64,000 nucleotides of DNA from Macrostomum lignano (lineage: Eukaryota). The position numbers and the translations under genes are program-made. The DNA is taken from the NCBI GenBank assembly GCA_002269645.1, contig NIVC01001581.1, positions 124,001 to 188,000 on the forward strand, read 5' to 3'. Positions 10,151 to 22,039 of this stretch are shown one piece after another (position 1 is the stretch's first letter; every line of letters starts with the position of its first letter). The notes below the pieces were generated by a model, which was given only the letters and a program-made list of their open reading frames with translations, had not been told where the DNA came from and did not search any database.

Positions 10151-12544
10151 CAAGCTGCCATAGAACAGCGGAGTAGTCTGTCTGGCACTCAACAACTAGT
10201 GCAAGAACGGTAATAACACAGGTGAAGGCAAGTTGCAAGTCCCACGCAATGCTTTTTAAACACTTATGTCTCGCATTTTAGCTGAGGGCTAAAAGCTGAT
10301 AACATTATCAGCGATTCTCTTACTGCGCACAGTCGAAATCAGGACAAGTTAAGCCAACCCACGTAACTGTCAGCTAGGATCAAAGGTAGATAAAAAGCAA
10401 GAACAACGAAAACAGGGTAAAAATAAATAATCAACCATACTACTCGTTCTTGCAGATACTTAGAAAATCGAAGGCAGTTTAAGACACAAAAACTGACTGT
10501 GGAATAATGGTTAAACTTTAATAAAAAACGTCTCGTAAATAAGGATCAAATAAAACGTGCATAGTGCAACTCAAAAGTAAACTAAAAAGCATCCATGCTA
10601 CTTACAACAGGCCTATGGTTTTAGAATTGCCTGCAAGTCAATTCTCTGCAGGTTTCATTTGCCTATAGTGAAATCTAACATTCAAAATCTAATTTGTATT
10701 GCACGTTTTTACAATAGGAAACTGCTGCCTGTGGGCCACATGCAGCCTGAAAAGCCTCTATCTTGCCTTGGGGTCCTTTGGAAACTCTAGAGAAATCTCA
10801 GAAATCTAGAGTATTGAGAATTTGTGTCTCTTCTTAGCTCTCTTCTCTCCTTTCCTCTCTCATCTCATCTTTCCCTTCTATTTCCTCTCCTTTCCTCTAT
10901 TATCTAGCATACAGCTATGAGTTAGTGTATAATGGCCTTAAAAGTAAAAGAGTTTTGAACTCTTGATTTACCAGCCTATATAACAACCATTTAATTAAAA
11001 AACTTTAAAATAACATTATTTGCACATCAAAGCATATCATTTGCAAAGGCTTTGGAAATATAGTTTGAGTAATACTTAAAATAGAAATTTACATTAAATA
11101 ACTGATGACCAACATATTTATTAGCTAAAGAATATCATATTAGAGCTGGTATTCAAATTCAATCTCTCAAAAAAATTTCCTATCATAATATAGTTGGCTT
11201 CCTAGTGTAAAAGTATTGTAAGGTACATTTGCTACTATTATATAGAGAAGTTGCTTGTTATTACATTTGCATGCATGTTAGGGTAGGTATACCTATTTCC
11301 TATTCTAGCCTTAATATATTGGCATGCAACAGTAAGATAGGCCTTGTGCATTTTTTGTTTCTTCATTCTCAAATCATGTCTTGAAAATATTATCAATATA
11401 ATATATCCCTAGCCAAGTTAATTAATATAATAAAAATGGATTTGATTTTCAACTTTGACACTCACTGTTTTTTGAAAATAGAAAACTGAAGGCCTATTAA
11501 TATAAACTAAACATCTAAGAATTTGCTTTAATCAGTTTTTCAATCTATGTAAAATATTTTAAGGTAAACTTATGATTTTATTTTATTGGGGAAATTATTA
11601 CTATGAAAACTAGACTTTTTTGAAACTTAAAGCAGACACAAAATATTTTATCAAATAAAACTTATTAAACTGATACCAGTCCTAATAAAAATAATAAACA
11701 ATTAGGCCTATATTTCATGTTTGCATATGGCCAGTTTGTTTTTGCCATATTTTTATTGCAGACTTTGATGCACATCTAAAAATTTGTATTTATAATAAAA
11801 TACATATTTAGCTTGTATGATATCACAACTAGCTATTGGTGCCATATAAAAAATGAAAAAAGCAAAAACATACTAGTAAAATGAGCACTAAAATAAATAA
11901 CTAACTTAAGGCAAATGATAAATTGCAAAATAGATAGGCCTAGGCCTCAGCAAAGGTAAAAAATAGGCATAGAAAAATAAAAAACAAAGCAAGTTATAGA
12001 AAAATTCCTAATCTAAATTGCATATTATATAAAAGATAACATAAATAAAAAAATTAGTTATATTTTGGTCAAAACTAGGCCAAAGTGATATAGCCAATAT
12101 GATATTAAAGATTGCACATATTTATCTAAATTTCAACTTATACTATATATCCTACTCAAATAATTTTTTTAAATAAGCCTATAGGTAAATATACCATATA
12201 ATATAAATTTTAGAATTATAATTACTTTGGTAACAGTCAGTTCAATGATAGTCAAATTGGTGATATCAAATTCAATTTTCAATGACAAATCAATGAAAAG
12301 TCAAATTTCAATGACAGGTTAATTTGGTGTCAAATATATATATGGAGCATTTACTTTACTCTTCATTATGTTACAGTGGTTTTTCCTCCTACTTTATCAA
12401 TTTTAATCCCACTAAATGCCACCAAGTTGTTACAGGCTTTTGGCTCTCTATGAAAATCCCACTGTTATGTCACCAAGTTGTGCTAGGCCTGTTAATTCTG
12501 TCTTTCTACTTAATGTACCTTTGTATAAATGTACTACTATTACT

Positions 12545-12668
12545 AGTAGCATCTATTTATCTATTTATATTAGTAGCATCTATTTATCTACATATATTGG
12601 TAGTGTCTACTTATCTACTTATATTGGTAGCGTCTACTTATCTACTTATATTGGTAGCGTCTACTTCT
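12545..12668. repeat. 27-bp tandem repeat x ~4.5
   Basis: Units tagtagcatctatttatctatttatat / tggtagcgtctacttatctacttatat. Confidence 0.8.
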
Positions 12669-13929
12669 GTACTTTTAGCCTGAGCAGTCTATTGGCACTG
12701 TCTAATTCTTAGTCTCTCAGTCCTGGCATTCCCAGGATCAGAGGGTCACAGCTTTATATTTTTCCTGCCCTGAGGCGATTTCTTGCTTTTAGCAGTCTTG
12801 AACTCTTCCCAATATAGGGGTTTTTACTATAGAAATGAATAAGTCACTTTGGTCAATTTTCTTATCAAGTTTTAGCTATTGAAAGCTTTGCTGCTAGAGC
12901 ACACAAACAAGTTAGTCTTCTTGGACCACTTGGGGCTTCTATTTATACTAAGATTTGGTACAATTTTTAACAAAAATTAATCATGAGAATATTTTCACAA
13001 CTCAACACTTAAACAAAGTAATTGTATTTTTGCGCGAATTTGAAAGAGTTTTCTAAGAAACAAAATGTAGAATGAATAGTTTTTAAAAGCATGTATACTG
13101 TATTACAAGAGCCTTTCCTCAATTATTCATACATTTTTATTTGTTTTTTTAAGTGACTACAATTCGCAGATTTATTTCCATGTATACTCAAGAACATTTT
13201 CAACTATACACCTCAAAGCAAATTGCGCAAAGATTTTATTGCAGCTATTGCACAAATCAAATACCAATTGCATGTATATATTAAGTAAGCTATGTATAGA
13301 ATGTTAAGATTAAATCTCAATTAACAAATAAAAATATGCATAGAATAAAACATTAAAGATAAAATCTCACTTTAAAAATAAAAAATAGCAAATAATCAAT
13401 GTTGGGCACCAGTCCATTAATAAGTGTTAATCCATTAATAAGCATTAAGATTTTTCATTAACATTAATGGACTGCCGTTAAGATTTTTTGAACTAATGGA
13501 TTAACAAATTTGCATTAATAATTTTGTGAGTTAACAACAAATTCATTGTTAACATTAATAGCAATGTCAATGACCAAAGATGCAAAGAAAAAACAAAAAT
13601 ATAAGTCTGAAGAGAAGCTACAATCAGATGTATTTGAATTTACCTAAATGTCTAATAAATCTCTTAATGATGATTATCCAAAGTAACAATTTCTTACTAA
13701 TGAACTTTAATAATGAATTATGATTGTAAAATTGTGAACTTTATTGCTTGTACATTAGCATAGATCACTTTGATTCACTTCTTTCCCAATCGTTATTTGT
13801 AACTTTCTGTTGCACCTGCTAATGGTACTGAAACAACCTTTGTATTTGTATTTTATTATTAACTAATTAGCTTTCAAGTTTCAAATAAATAAGTTATTTC
13901 TTTTACCATATGCTTACTTTTAGTAGTAT

Positions 13930-14430
13930 GCCTACCACGAACTCGTCCTGTCCCCACCCATATGCCAACCGTGCTAGACTCCTGCACACATGTGTGGCTA
14001 TGGTTAGATTGTGTGAGGCATCTGCTCGAGGCACCTTATCAAGGCCCATTTGCTGTTCTCAATAGACATGAAACAATAATGACGCTAGAGATCAATGGCT
14101 AGCCTACCACGTACCACAATGTTAATCAACCAACTTAAACCAGCTATGCTACCGCCGTCACCACCGGAGACCTTTCCAGAGCATACTGTTCTGCCTAATG
14201 ATTCACCAGTCGCTAATACTCATTCAAGAAGTTCTTGCCATGTTCGATTTGCCTTCCAGCTATCTATAAAATACTTTAAACCTTCTGTAGTCCTCACCTA
14301 ACAATTTGATTCTATAGAAGTAGTGCCATGAATCTGTTACCCCAAATTTCCCTCCTGTTAATTCTTTGTTTTAATCCTAGAAATACTCTGTTTTGGGGAA
14401 GGGGGAGTATCTTGTAGCAGCACCAAAGCA
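13930..14430 (+). mobile_element. Gypsy/Ty3 LTR retrotransposon relic: integrase C-terminus (GPY/F), polypurine tract and start of the 3' LTR
   Basis: Translation LPRTRPVPTHMPTVLDSCTHVWLWLDCVRHLLEAPYQGPFAVLNRH..TLEING* then (frameshift) INQLKPAML...SRSSCHVRF matches the Gypsy tail pattern (CTHVFVR.D....L..PY.GPF...DRLKPA...TRSGR.VRF). PPT ggggaagggggagta at 14395-14409 is followed by TGTAGC at 14413. Confidence 0.8.
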
Positions 14431-15270
14431 TTAATCATTTATTCTAGGCCTAATTATTTCTTATTCTATATTTCAATCATTTTAGTTTACCCATAGACAC
14501 TTCTGTACTATTTGTTGTTTGCCCCAGCACTAAATAGCCCCAACACAATGACAAAATATACTTAAAACCTTGCTCTTTTGCTAGCTATCTTCTAATCACT
14601 CGTAAACTTGTAGCAGTAGCCTAATGTTACATACTACTACCTATCATACAATATATATTCTATAATAGGCCTAAATGTATCATACTGCTAAGACTTACTG
14701 CTAAGACTAAGTCACTGAATTTGAAAATGTACCAGGTCAAGTAGCTAGGCCTATCTATCAATCAATATGACAATAGTGACAATCATTAATATTTTTACTA
14801 ATAGGCCCCTAGGTAAGATACAGAAGTGAAGCTTAAAAAAAATGAAATTAGCACCCTTCAATAACCTTTAGGACTATACAGCCTACAAAGACAAAATAAT
14901 AGGCTTATTGTTATTATTGCCTTCCTTGGAGTTGGCTACCTTAACCCTAATTATGGCTAAGCGGCTAGCTGCGGCTTAAGCCTATAATAGGCCTACCCTA
15001 AATTTGAAGAATAGGCTATGGCCCAAAGAAGTGCTCTGCTCTCTGACTTCTCCCCTCCCTTCCTCGCCACTGAGTGGCTGCCGCTGGAGGGTCAAGTAGG
15101 GGCCTATTTTATTATTGTCGTTGTTAAAAGTAGCAGGGCCTAGCTAAAGTCTAAAGACAAACTGACAAAGTCTTATTTAAAAAGTATAACACTCAAGGAG
15201 ATAAATTGGCATTAAGCTCCTTATAGTGGCAGATCTAATGGAAGATGACAGCCTACTTTGAGTCTTAGAG

Positions 15271-15288
15271 GCCATTTCGGAAGATGGC
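15271..15288. promoter_or_regulatory. Composite ETS/YY1-like motif (CGGAAGATGGC) near a candidate minus-strand promoter
   Basis: Exact CGGAAG plus AAGATGGC at 15278-15288 with an adjacent gccatttc. CpGs reappear here, and a minus-strand donor CTG|gtatga lies at 15324. Motif match only. Confidence 0.3.
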
Positions 15289-16324
15289 AATTGGCAATCA
15301 GTAATCGTGAATCGACATCATACCAGACAGACAAAAACTGATGTTTCCTAGAAAAACTCGGATTTCACGGCGAATGCAGTTAAAGTTGAAAGTGACTTAT
15401 AATTACAAATCGGCAAGCAGTACATAAACAAGTACTTCGAGTAGGCCCAATTAAAGCTTTTAATACTTGCAATTCCACGTGCATCTAAACTTAATGTAAG
15501 TCAAATTTCATTAGATTTATACTTGTGTTTAACTTAGTGATAGGCATCGTTAACTAGTCTATTTTTTATTATTTACTTTCTTATACGATCTAAGTGAACG
15601 TATAATGATGGTGCTAAACGTATAGTGACTGTTGAGCCTATTTTAGATACAGGCACTATATGGTGGTATGGTGGCCTATGAATTAAATTTAAGGTTATTG
15701 TCACAGATTTCAAGATTTCTTCTCAGGAAAAAGCCGGAAGTTTTCTGCTACTTAATTTTATTTGCTTTGATTGAACGCTTTTGTTTTTGCTTTTGTTAAT
15801 GTGCAAATGCGAATCACAAGTTTATGTAGCTCAGTCCAGCTAGCAGAAGTGACAGGCCTAGAATTGAGAGGCCCTCAAAAAGCTCCATCCATATAGACGC
15901 GCGGCCATTCAAATGGTATACTTCGTAGCACGCCGTACGTCGCGCGTCCCTGTTGTATGTATTTAATTAATGTATATGCATGTTATGCTCTAATCTCTTA
16001 GTACATGTACATGTACGATTTTACGTGTACATGTACGATTATCGTACATGTAGCGATCGAATTCGCCCTTAAGGCTGATAATGGCGGCGCTTAATTTTGG
16101 TGTTGGCGCCCCTTCCTTGATAAAATCATCCTGCAATATATGAATTATGACCGGCAATTCTTGCAATAAAACAAATTCTTACAAATATCCACAATTCTAT
16201 ATGCTCTCCGCGCCTTCCAAGATGACGCAGATATCAGGGGTGTCGCCACCGTAAAAGCTATTTATGTATTCCAACCTTGTGACCCGTTATATGGAAATAA
16301 ATAATTATGCCGATCAGCTGGCAA

Positions 16325-17060
16325 AAACTGAGTGCCTGGGCGCAAAAATGAGTGCCTACGGCGCTAAAATGAGTGCCTACGGCGCTAAAATGAGTGCCTA
16401 CGGCGCTAAAATGAGTGCCTACGGCGCTAAAATGAGTGCCTGGGCGCAAAAATGAGTGCCTACGGCGCTAAAATGAGTGCCTAAAGCGCTAAAATGAGTG
16501 CCTACGGCGCTAAAATGAGTGCCTGGGCGCAAAAATGAGTGCCTGGGCGCAAAAATGAGTGCCTGCGGCGCTAAAATGAGTGCCTGCGGCGCCAAAATGA
16601 GTGCCTGCGGCGCTAAAATGAGTGCCTGCGGCGCTAAAATGAGTGCCTGCGGCGCTAAAATGATTGGCTGCGGCGCTAAAATGATTGGTTGCGGCGCTAA
16701 AATGAGTGCAATTGTGGCGCTAAAATGATTGGCTGCGGCGCTAAAATGAGTGCTTGTGGCGCTAAAATGATTGGCTGCGGCGCTAAAATGAGTGCCTGCG
16801 GCGCTAAAATGATTGGCTGCGGCGCTAAAATGATTGGCTGCGGCGCTAAAATGAGTGCAATTGTGGCGCTAAAATGATTGGCTGCGGCGCTAAAATGATT
16901 GGCTGCGGCGCTAAAATGAGTGCAATTGTGGCGCTAAATGATTGCCTGCGGCGCCAAAATGAGTGCCTGCGGCACCAAAATGAGTCCCTGTGGCGCTAAA
17001 ATGAGTGCCTAGAGCGCCAACAAAATGAGTGCGTGCGTGCCAACGAGTGCCTGCAGCGCC
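16325..17060. repeat. 21-bp minisatellite (aaaatgagtgcctacggcgct) x ~33
   Basis: Direct inspection; variants drift from left to right (tgcctac to tgcctgc to ttggctgc). Confidence 0.95.
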
Positions 17061-17706
17061 CACAGATACATGTAATATATATAAGGTTATTATAAAAAGT
17101 TATACATTAACTGATAATTAACAGATATTTAAGTTATATAGTATCTGTGCCAGCGCCAAATAAGCGCTGACAAAATTGATTCTGAAAAAGTGTACACACG
17201 TAAAATTCTTGACTTTGTCCCACGGACCATAAAATCCATGAGGGGATATTATAATTCAGCTTTGTTTCTGTCGCAATAGGTTTGGTAAACCACGTGACTG
17301 TACTGCACTACTATACTTGCCTGAGACAAAAGGAAAACAATTTTAAGACAAATTCATAATAGCTTCGACCTACATTTATCGTAGGTGTTGAGCGGAACTC
17401 ATCTCAGCCAGGTGTTATGGTAGGCAAGAATATACATTTATGGCACATGTTGTACATGTAAATAGCAAACCTTCAAGGTGCTGAATGAAAACCCTTAATT
17501 AACAGGAAAATATTATCGAGCTTGTTTTTGACCTAATTATTCGGTAAAATACATTCGAAACTTCTGTATTCGAGTATTCATGCATAACAAGTAATTAATT
17601 AGCCAACTGTTTCCTAGTCTATACTCACATATATTTAAATAGAAGCTTTTAGTATAAGCTTCACGCATATTACACTAAAAAATGAAGGCCAAGCAATCAA
17701 GGCCAA

Positions 17707-17795
17707 CCAATCACGCCTTTTCTGCTTGGCATCTTTCTTGGCATAATTCGACGTTTACAACAATTATTCTAAAAGCTTTTTGTTGCTATATAAAA
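17707..17795 (+). promoter_or_regulatory. Candidate otopetrin core promoter (CCAAT box and TATA box)
   Basis: CCAAT at 17707-17711 and TATATAAAA at 17787-17795, then donor ctga|gtaatc (17841) and acceptor acacag| (18196) 18 nt before the ATG, consistent with a 5'UTR intron. Confidence 0.45.
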
Positions 17796-18214
17796 AGAGA
17801 TCGAGTAAGAGAGAGAAACACAGCTGTAAGAAGACACTGAGTAATCTACAGTTTATATATTTATTCTCTTATCTTCGATATCTTAATTCTTGATTCCATA
17901 TAATTCTCGTCTATACCTGTGTGTATAGCAAACACTTATTGTACGTACTACATGAACGGGTAGGTACATTCTGAAGCGATATAGGCAGCTATACATTGAG
18001 CGCGCTCTAAGCTGCTACCGTGTACAGGCCTAAGATCTCTAAACGCTATTTGTGCGCATCGTATTCATCAGATTCTGCAAGCGTATAATAGGTTGGTCTC
18101 TCTACCCCGCAGTTCACAGAGATATAAAGCATAAAAGCTGTTGGAGTTCTGTTGGCATCTGCCCACTGTGCTATATATTATATTGCTATTACACAGGTTC
18201 AGTGCTCAAACATC

Positions 18215-21200
18215 ATGCTAGCGACAACCAACTTGCCAAGTTCTTCGTCGGAGACGCGTCATTCTTATCACAGTACAACTGGCGGCGCCGCGCTACAACT
18301 TGGCGCCATTAGCAGCGCCCTGGCGCACCAGCAACGTCGTACCAACAATAACGACGACGGCGACCACGGGACAAACATCGCTGAAGGCAGCGAGACTGTT
18401 GAGCGACACAGGGCAGGTCGTCCAAACGGCATTGGCGGCAGTTTCAACCAGATGGCTCTGCTATACGCCATCTTTCTCACATTGTTCGGTTTGATATTTC
18501 CTCTGAGCAGCTCCGTGAGCGCCAGGCCCTACTCAGATTGGTATCTGTGCGCGTTCTACATCTGTCTGCACTCGTCAGCCATCGCTGTACTGATGTTCTT
18601 TCTCACCTGGCTGATGAACCGGCCGGCGCAGAAGCTGTTTGTGGAAAACTCCAACAATGACGACGGCTGTGTTGGAGAGTTGGTCCGCGTACCCGACACT
18701 GCCGCTGCTGCTGCTGCTGCTGCCGGGGACAACGAAGTCCTGGGAAGCCGGCGAGAGAAAATTAGGATCGGACGCTTCTCCGTGTCTGAGAGTAGTCACA
18801 ATTTGCAGGGAAAGGATCAGGTGAGTCTTGTAGTTATCAGATTGATTGATTCATTCCCTCTGCCAACTAATTCTTTACCAGGATGGGGGGCCTCACTTGA
18901 GGGGTCAGTGAGGCCCTCAAGGCGTTAATTGCACCAAGCCGAGATTCCAATGGAGCCCCAAATTAATGCGACTGCACTTGGAATCGAGCCTGCATGGGCT
19001 GATGGCACACCAGAGCGCCGCACCTGACCACTAACTATAGGCTACGGCTGACCTCAAATTTTTGGATTTCGCTTCGTTGATTTAAGATTCGTTATAATTT
19101 ACAAGTATAAGCTTGCAGTATTTAAATGCTGATAGGGCGCCAGTTTTAGAAATCAGGAGCTTTTATGCGTAGGCTTTCTTCGAGCTTAACATCTTACTAG
19201 GCACATCTCTCACTCAATGAAATATAATGGGCTACGAGTAGCTAAATTTGGGTTCGCATTCGTAGGCTAAGACTGGTCAGAAGTGGTAAACAATAAAAGC
19301 AGCTGAGCTGGAGAAGAGCAAAAGCATTTCTAAAAATTTGAGAAGGCGCGGTTTTCGGGGTCACACTGCTCTAAACTCAGACTAACCGACTCTGTTCATT
19401 GTAAGGCTTTTTGGGAGGCTTTTCAACCGGCGCTGGAAATTCAAAGTTCAAGCCGACCTAAATTTAATCTGACCAGAGCTATGCCAAGCATTTTTGAGTG
19501 TTTTTCGAGAAGTAGGAAACAAATTTTATCGGCGACACTGGAAGATTAGATCGAAAATGAGAGCCGCTATCGTCCGCCGTTGATAATTCAGTGAGGATAA
19601 ACCCCAGCTGTCCTCCCTCAATCATATTTCAGTGCGGATTACCCCACCTATCCTTCCTCAATCATATACTTCAGTGAGGATAAACCCAAGCAACCCTCAA
19701 TCATGCTTCAGTGAGGATAAACCCCAGCAACCCTCAATCATGCTTCAGTGAGGATAAACCCCAGCTGTCCTCCCTCAATCATACTTCAGTGAGGATAAAC
19801 CCCAGCTGTCCTCCCTCAATCATGCTTCAGTGAGGATAAACCCCAGCTGTCCTCCCTCAAATAGACTTCAGTGAGGATAAACCCCAGCTGTCCTCCCTCA
19901 ATCATATTTCAGTGCGGATTACCCCACCTATCCTTCCTCAATCATATACTTCAGTGAGGATAAACCCAAGCAACCCTCAATCATGCTTCAGTGAGGATAA
20001 ACCCCAGCAACCCTCAATCATGCTTCAGTGAGGATAAACCCCAGCTGTCCTCCCTCAATCATGCTTCAGTGAGGATAAACCCCAGCTGTCCTCCCTCAAA
20101 TAGACTTCAGTGAGGATAAACCCCAGCTATCCTCCCTCAATCATACTTCAGTGAGGATAAACCCCAGCTGTCCTCCATCAATCATGCTTCAGTGAGGATA
20201 AACCCAAGCTGTCCTCCCTCAATCATATACTTCAGTGAGGATAAGCCCCAGCTGTCCTCCCTCAATCATATACTTCAGTGAGGATAAGCCCCAGCTGTCC
20301 TCCCTCAATCATGCTTCAGTGAGGATAAACCCCAGCTGTCCTCCCTCAATCATGCTTTAGTGAGGATAAACCCCAGCAATCCTCCCTCAATCATGCTTCA
20401 GTGAGGATAACCCCAGCTGTCCTCCCTCAATCATGCTTCAGTGAGGATAACCCCAGCTGTCCTCCCGCAATCATGCTCTAGTGAGGATAAACCCCAGCTG
20501 TCCTCCCTCAATCATGCTTTAGTGAGGATAAACCCCAGCAATCCTCCCTCAATCATGCTTCAGTGAGGATTACCCCCATCTATCCTCCCTCAATCATATA
20601 CTTCAGTGAGGATAAACCCCAGCTGTCCTCCCTCAACCATACTTCAGTAAGGATAAACCCCAGCTGTCATCCCTCAATCATGCTTCAGTGAGGATAAACC
20701 CCAGCTGTCCTCCCTCAATCATATTTCAGTGAGGATAAACCCCAGCAACCCTCAATCATACTTCAGTGAGGATAAACCCCAGCTGTCATCCCTCAATCAT
20801 GCTTCAGTGAGGATAAACCCCAGCTGTCCTCCCTCAATCATATTTCAGTGAGGATAAACCCCAGCTGTCCTCCCTCAATCATGCTTCAGTGAGGATAAAC
20901 CCCAGCTGTCCTCCCTCAATCATATTTCAGTGAGGATAAACCCCAGCAACCCCTTAATCATACTTCAGTGAGGATAAACCCCAGCTGTCATCCCTCAATC
21001 ATGCTTCAGTGAGGATAAACCCCAGCTGTCATCCCTCAATCATATTTCAGTGAGGATAAACCCCAGCTGTCCTCCCTCAATCATATTTCAGTGAGGATAA
21101 ACCCCAGCTGTCCTCCCTCAATCATGCTTCAGTGAGGATAAACCCCAGCTGTCATCCCTCAATCATACTTCAGTGAGGATAAACCCCAGCTGTCATCCCT

Positions 21201-21890
21201 CAATCATGCTTCAGTGAGGATAAACCCCAGCTGTCCTCCCTCAATCATGCTTCAGTGAGGATAAACCCCAGCTGTCCTCCCTCAATCATGCTTCAGTGAG
21301 GACTACCCTCGATCCGCTACCGCTAATATATAATGAACTAACTGCCAATGTTTTAATGCAGGAGAGAGGAGCAAGCAAAAGTGAGAAGCAACAGCAGCAG
21401 CAAAAGCAACAGCCTCTTGAGCTTCAGGAGTTAAAAGGCAACAACCTTGAACAGCAGCAGCAGCAACAGCAGCAACAGCAGCAGCAGCAGACTGCTACTT
21501 CAATCCCAACCGATCATCCGTTGAACAGAATCGATTCAACAACGATCAGAAACGCCAAGGAGCTCGGAGTCCACGAGATCCAAGCCTACTCGGTATTGTC
21601 GTTGCATGAGTCTCATTCACCGTCGTTTTTCTTGCGGATCGCCAGTTTTCTATTCGGCGCCCTGAAGGTGACGCACGACCTGCTGCACATTGTGGACACC
21701 TTGGCGGAGCTCGCCAACGAATGCACTGACGGCGGCAAGGCGGCCGTAGAACTTATTCAATACGCACTGAACATCGGGTTCACCGTGCTGCAGACATTCT
21801 TCATATTCAAGTATAGCAAAGTGTCCATTAATATTTACCATAAGGTGAGCGGCGATACCTTAAGCTCACTGTTTGATAGGGCCCCTGTCC

Positions 21891-21926
<36 letters not shown>

Positions 21927-21930
21927 AGAG

Positions 21931-21989
<59 letters not shown>

Positions 21990-21990
21990 G

Positions 21991-22039
<49 letters not shown>

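Noticed and set aside
6440-10195. Horizontal or bacterial origin of the long intronless ORF
   Set aside because: The C2-MUN-C2 architecture is a eukaryotic family and the protein has host-like poly-S/Q tracts.
19587-21302. CRISPR-like look of the 41-bp array (also the 45-bp and 47-bp arrays)
   Set aside because: Units are contiguous with no unique spacers, there are no cas genes, and the context is eukaryotic.
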